Positions 48,668 to 52,693 of a stretch of 52,693 bases of DNA are shown piece by piece. The first letter of the stretch is position 1, and each line of letters starts with the position of its first letter. The position numbers and the translations under genes are program-made. Origin of the DNA: a virus (Duplodnaviria > Caudoviricetes); IMG/VR virus record IMGVR_UViG_3300024332_000118, positions 1-52,693 of that record; one strand, written 5' to 3'. The notes beneath the pieces were generated by a model, which was not told where the DNA came from, did no database searches, and saw only the letters and a list, made by a program, of their open reading frames with translations.

Positions 48668-49080
48668 CCACTACAGAAGCAAAATATTATCATACTCAAT
48701 TAGCTATTGCCTGTACATCTTTTAATGCTGAAAGGTATAATGAAGATTGTTTTAAAGAATTCTTAGAGGTTATGCTAACAGATGATGATCAGTTTAGAAA
48801 AACTTATAGCTATTCTATATACAGTGATACTTTTAGTGTTCCTCATAATCTATTTGTTCCTAGATTTCATACTTACTATTTAAATAGTGATAAAAAGCAT
48901 GTCATAATTTTAGACGCAGGTATGATTGACTTGCCTATGGTTTATAATCATCATGAATACTATATCTATAACGATAAAGAACTATTTGCTAAGTTTGAAG
49001 AAAAGTATGACAATGTAACTCATATTCATTCCATTAAAGAAATTATAAAAGGATCTGAAGATGTATCAGCAACTGACTGA
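48664..49080 (+). CDS. Hypothetical protein
   Basis: ATGA-coupled ORF. Confidence 0.55.
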   Translation: MTTTEAKYYHTQLAIACTSFNAERYNEDCFKEFLEVMLTDDDQFRKTYSYSIYSDTFSVPHNLFVPRFHTYYLNSDKKHVIILDAGMIDLPMVYNHHEYYIYNDKELFAKFEEKYDNVTHIHSIKEIIKGSEDVSATD

Positions 49081-49843
49081 CGACCAAAAGAGAAAAACTA
49101 TTGAAAAGCTATACACAAAACAGAAGCTATCTTATGCAGAGATTGCTGAACAGTTTGATACTTATGCTAACAGGATTAGAAGAGATGCTAAAAAGTTTGG
49201 TATTCCTGCTAGAGATAAAAGTCAGGCACAAAAAAATGTTTTAAAAATGGGCAAGTCTGCACACCCTACAGAAGGTAAAGAAAGAACTGAAGAAGAAAAA
49301 CATAAAATAGGTCTTGGTGTTTATAAAAACTGGGAAGAATGTGGAGAGGAAGAAAAACAAAACAGAAGGTTAAAGTCTAAGCAAAGATGGGAAGCATTAT
49401 CGGATACATATAAACAGAACATGCTTACTGCTGCACACAATGCCATTAGACAAACTAGTGCAGAAGGATCTAAACTAGAGAAGTACTTATTGGAAACTCT
49501 TGTAGACAATGGATATAAGCCGCAATTCCATAAGGAAGAAGTTTTAGCAAATACTAGACTGCAAATAGATATATATGTTCCAGAAAAAAACGTAGCCATT
49601 GAGGTAGATGGGCCTTCTCACTTTGCACCAGTATGGGGAGACCAATCTCTTAATAGGAACACCAAATCAGACCAAAAGAAAACAGGACTCATACTTGGCA
49701 AAGGAATGAAATTGATTAGAATAAGACATGAGTATGACTTCTCTGCTGCTAGAGCATTTCTGGTAGGAGAAAGACTCATAGACTTATTGCAAGGAATAGA
49801 TACAACTAAGGAAAAATTATTTAACATAGAGGACAATTCATGA
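49061..49843 (+). CDS. Free-standing endonuclease (HTH, NUMOD-like region, DUF559/Vsr-like domain)
   Basis: LSYAEIA HTH; RTEEEKHKIG; SKLE ... IDIY ... IEVDGPSH ... D. Confidence 0.75.
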   Translation: MYQQLTDDQKRKTIEKLYTKQKLSYAEIAEQFDTYANRIRRDAKKFGIPARDKSQAQKNVLKMGKSAHPTEGKERTEEEKHKIGLGVYKNWEECGEEEKQNRRLKSKQRWEALSDTYKQNMLTAAHNAIRQTSAEGSKLEKYLLETLVDNGYKPQFHKEEVLANTRLQIDIYVPEKNVAIEVDGPSHFAPVWGDQSLNRNTKSDQKKTGLILGKGMKLIRIRHEYDFSAARAFLVGERLIDLLQGIDTTKEKLFNIEDNS

Positions 49844-50514
49844 GTAAAAGCAAGAAACCTAGTATTAATGATATTGAGTGGACAGATTACGTTTTAGAAC
49901 TTCTGTCTGATGATGAAAAAATTCAGGGCAATCCTACAACTGATGGCCTTCGTAGAGTATTTGAAATCGCTCTAGATTGTGTCGTAGTAGAATCTACATC
50001 AGAAGTATCACAGTCTCCAGAGCCAAACAACGGCAACAGAGCCACTGTAGTCCATCGTCTGACCTATGTTTTAAATGATTCTAAGGTGAGCGAGGCAATT
50101 AAAACCAGAACCATTAACGGAGCCGCAGACGTATATTGGGGAAATTGTGATAAAATCTTCCGCAATCATCCTGTAGCTGTTGCAGAAACTAGAGCAGAAG
50201 GAAGAGCATTGCGTAGAGCTTTAAAACTTCGTAAAGTTGTAGCAGCAGAAGAGTTAGCCGCAGAAATCGAAGACGATATTGATGGCCATAATGTGGGCAA
50301 GGTTACTAATAATCAACTAAATTTTATGGATGTATTATGTAAGAGGCTCAACATTAATGCTATTAAATATTTAGAAAATCAAGAATTATCTATAGATACT
50401 GATAAACTTGACCATAGTGCTGGTGTATCTATTATAAGACAGTTGTCTAGTTATCAACAGGATACTAGCAATATACCCGAAACCATCTTAGGATATGAGG
50501 AAGGCTGGAAATGA
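49840..50514 (+). CDS. Putative single-strand annealing protein (Rad52/Sak-like)
   Basis: AETRAEGRALRRAL helix motif; C-terminal T..Q...M..L small domain. Confidence 0.5.
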   Translation: MSKSKKPSINDIEWTDYVLELLSDDEKIQGNPTTDGLRRVFEIALDCVVVESTSEVSQSPEPNNGNRATVVHRLTYVLNDSKVSEAIKTRTINGAADVYWGNCDKIFRNHPVAVAETRAEGRALRRALKLRKVVAAEELAAEIEDDIDGHNVGKVTNNQLNFMDVLCKRLNINAIKYLENQELSIDTDKLDHSAGVSIIRQLSSYQQDTSNIPETILGYEEGWK

Positions 50515-50828
50515 AAGCATCATATAAATTAAGCGACAAGCTACAATTCGAAGTAGAAGGCGAAGGCCAAAAAGAGATCTTCAAAGAAATCGCAAGTATA
50601 CAGGAAATCTTTGGAGAAACTAAATGCGGAATGTGTGGATCTGAAAATATTAAATTTGTGGTAAGGGTTGTAGAAGACAACGAATACTATGAATTACGTT
50701 GTATGGATTGCGGTGCAACACTTGCTTTCGGTCAGCACAAAAAAGGAGGAACTCTCTTCCCTAAGCGTAAAGACGAAAAAGGTGAGTATATGCCAAATAG
50801 AGGATGGTATAAATGGCAGGGTAAGTAA
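50511..50828 (+). CDS. Zinc-ribbon protein
   Basis: CGMC ... CMDC. Confidence 0.6.
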   Translation: MKASYKLSDKLQFEVEGEGQKEIFKEIASIQEIFGETKCGMCGSENIKFVVRVVEDNEYYELRCMDCGATLAFGQHKKGGTLFPKRKDEKGEYMPNRGWYKWQGK

Positions 50829-50831
50829 CCG

Positions 50832-51653
50832 ATGAGTGTTGACTTTGTCCTGCTAAGTAAATCTGGTATTCCTCAACCGGGATTAAACAGTCCTTTTTTT
50901 CCTGATACATTATTAGGAACAGACAACTTCCCTTCTGGGTTTGACTGTTGTTGTGCCTGTGACATCCCGGTTGAATGGAGAATTTTAGAGTTAAGCTATC
51001 CATATTTTTACCAAAGCGGGCCAATCGTCCTAAGAGGGGAGCAGAAAAGCGGTGATGATAGACCAGACGGGCCTCCAGTAGAGCATGATGAAAGCGAAGA
51101 GGAAAGTCCTAGCTATTTTTTAGAGGGACTTCCTTGTTGTTTTTATCCTCCGTATTTTCTTTATACTGGCTTTATGGAATTGCAAGCTAAATGCATAAAT
51201 CCTATTACTGGAGAATTTAAAGGATGGCATACATTAGATGAGTGGACGACTGTATATGGTGAACCTGTACACTGTTTCGCTGAGTCTTTTGAAAATCCTT
51301 GTTGTACTGGAACAGGAAGATTGTATAGTCCTATGAGATGTACACAAACTCCAACAGAATTTCCACCTACCACACCTTCTGGTGGCACTACACCTGATCC
51401 AAGTGGCACTGATGGGCCACCCCACACAACGATTGGGATCGATCCAGACCCTCCCACAGGAACGCCAATTCCGGGACGACCACCCTTTCCACCACCTCCT
51501 CCGGGAGGAACAGGGACAGGTACAGGTTGGCCAACAACAACAATCAACCCAACTGGCACACTCCCAGAACCTCCAACAACCACAACTACGACAACAACGA
51601 CTACCAAACCTCCGTTTACAACAGACGAAACAGGATATCCTCCATACCCATGA
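50832..51653 (+). CDS. Cys-rich protein with Pro/Thr-rich (mucin-like) C-terminus
   Basis: DCCCAC and CC pairs; PPPPPGG; PPTTTTTTTTTKPP. Confidence 0.65.
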   Translation: MSVDFVLLSKSGIPQPGLNSPFFPDTLLGTDNFPSGFDCCCACDIPVEWRILELSYPYFYQSGPIVLRGEQKSGDDRPDGPPVEHDESEEESPSYFLEGLPCCFYPPYFLYTGFMELQAKCINPITGEFKGWHTLDEWTTVYGEPVHCFAESFENPCCTGTGRLYSPMRCTQTPTEFPPTTPSGGTTPDPSGTDGPPHTTIGIDPDPPTGTPIPGRPPFPPPPPGGTGTGTGWPTTTINPTGTLPEPPTTTTTTTTTTKPPFTTDETGYPPYP

Positions 51654-52423
51654 TAAACACAGACATATTACTCAAGGATTACAGCCAACCATTCTTATAT
51701 GAACAAGATAATAAACTATCACTATTATGTTGTTTTGCAAGATGGAATATAGCTGAAAAATTTGGAAGTGAAGGTTTTACTATTAAAGCATGGAAAATAC
51801 ATCGTGTTTCTGATGTTCTGAACAATACAAAATCTGAAAGAATAAAACTACCTAAACAAATTGAGGGTTACGGTAGGGTTGTTCTAGAATGCAATCCGTG
51901 TTTACATAATGAAAACCTCTTGACATACACTTGCGGAATCAAGACACACGATCTATCTGCTATATATTATTTTATTATAGCTGCACAACTAGATGGCAAT
52001 AAGTGTCTAGATTATAAAGTTATTCACAGAGCGTTTAATGGTGCGTTTCACGATAAATATATTTACTATATATCTAACTTAGGAAAAACATTAGAGATAG
52101 CTAATGCTTATGATATAACAGATATAAGAAAAACCAAGACTTTCTCACTTGAAAAAGATGAACAAATAATTAGATTAAACAGAATATATAATCATGAGAT
52201 ATTTGTCATTACTGTAGCTGGACGAGGCACAGCAAAGTCTATGTTAATAGATGAAAATCTAGAGATTATTAAAGATATTACTATAGATGGGGAAGATGTA
52301 TACAAGTGTTCTATCTATAAAGACTACTTGGCATATACTGTCAAAGACCCTAGTAAGCTATATGCTAGTGAAAATAGAAGTATTGTGGTAACAAAACTAG
52401 ACACAAGTATGACATCTACCTAA
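51650..52423 (+). CDS. Hypothetical beta-rich protein
   Basis: ATGA overlap at 51650; the ORF-track N-extension is a shadow of the upstream Thr repeats. Confidence 0.6.
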   Translation: MINTDILLKDYSQPFLYEQDNKLSLLCCFARWNIAEKFGSEGFTIKAWKIHRVSDVLNNTKSERIKLPKQIEGYGRVVLECNPCLHNENLLTYTCGIKTHDLSAIYYFIIAAQLDGNKCLDYKVIHRAFNGAFHDKYIYYISNLGKTLEIANAYDITDIRKTKTFSLEKDEQIIRLNRIYNHEIFVITVAGRGTAKSMLIDENLEIIKDITIDGEDVYKCSIYKDYLAYTVKDPSKLYASENRSIVVTKLDTSMTST

Positions 52424-52486
52424 TTCAGAACTCCAACAGAATCCCGGTGGACACTCTGGATTATCTGGCCCATCAGGAATAGTTCC

Positions 52487-52693
52487 TCAACCACCTTGGG
52501 TATTGCCACTACAGTCTACTACTGGAATATCAATCATACAAGGGAATCCCCATTTATTAACGCTTTCGTATCCCAAAACATTTACTCCTCCTCCTCCAAG
52601 ATCTTGTTTAAACAACTCTTCGATAGAGTATAAGGCAGGTCTACCTTGAGGGCCAAATCCCCATAAATAACCATCGTCTGGTTGTATTTCTTC
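52487..52693 (-). CDS. C-terminal part of a convergent minus-strand gene (5' truncated by window)
   Basis: Open frame EEIQPDDGYLWGFGPQGRP...PVVDCSGNTQGG ending at TGA 52489-52487; the frame stays open to TAG at 52399-52397. Confidence 0.6.
   Translation of the reverse strand, partial: EEIQPDDGYLWGFGPQGRPALYSIEELFKQDLGGGGVNVLGYESVNKWGFPCMIDIPVVDCSGNTQGG

Noticed and set aside
1628-51607. Numerous minus-strand and alternate-frame ORFs in the track (e.g. 1628-1906, 16562-16963, 18048-18516, 51161-51607, 51382-51702)
   Set aside because: They are shadows of well-supported + strand genes, especially Gly-, Pro- and Thr-rich ones, and have no motifs of their own.
1-52693. Alternative genetic code (TGA or TAG recoding)
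   Set aside because: Conserved genes are full length under code 11, and all three stop codons end genes at expected positions.
1-52693. tRNA/rRNA genes, integrase, transposase
   Set aside because: Intergenic gaps are short, and none shows cloverleaf or mobile-element signatures by eye.

Overview
A 52.7 kb, AT-rich (roughly one-third GC by eye), very gene-dense segment of a large dsDNA bacteriophage, probably aquatic. The host is not determinable from the sequence. Almost all genes lie on the + strand with overlapping start/stop codons and standard code 11. Order of modules: (1) RuvB C-terminus, HNH nuclease, trypsin-like and subtilisin proteases; (2) a sugar-nucleotide/glycosylation cluster (WavE-like, aldolase-KdsB fusion, cupin-HAD fusion, separate HldA/HldC-type heptose kinase and adenylyltransferase, methyltransferase, GT9-like and GT4 transferases, 2OG-Fe(II) oxygenase); (3) PAP2 phosphatase, phage sigma factor, ClpP, degenerate DeoC; (4) tail-fibre/virion genes and a membrane-protein/papain-like peptidase block; (5) dCMP deaminase, class II RNR, PhoH; (6) a bacterial-type replication/recombination block (RecA, DnaB, primase, dNMP kinase, Cas4/AddB-like nuclease, DnaE, DEDDh exonuclease, SSB); (7) degenerate transferases and Cys/Pro/Thr-rich genes. 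The strongest unusual signals are an intein-free split DnaE with a proofreading exonuclease gene between the halves, a possibly non-canonical ulosonate/heptose nucleotide-sugar pathway, apparently complete avoidance of CCWGG and GGWCC (probably also GCGC) visible in codon choice, and a recurrent GGTGTA motif that may be the promoter for the phage sigma factor. All family calls come from motif recognition by eye; no searches were run.
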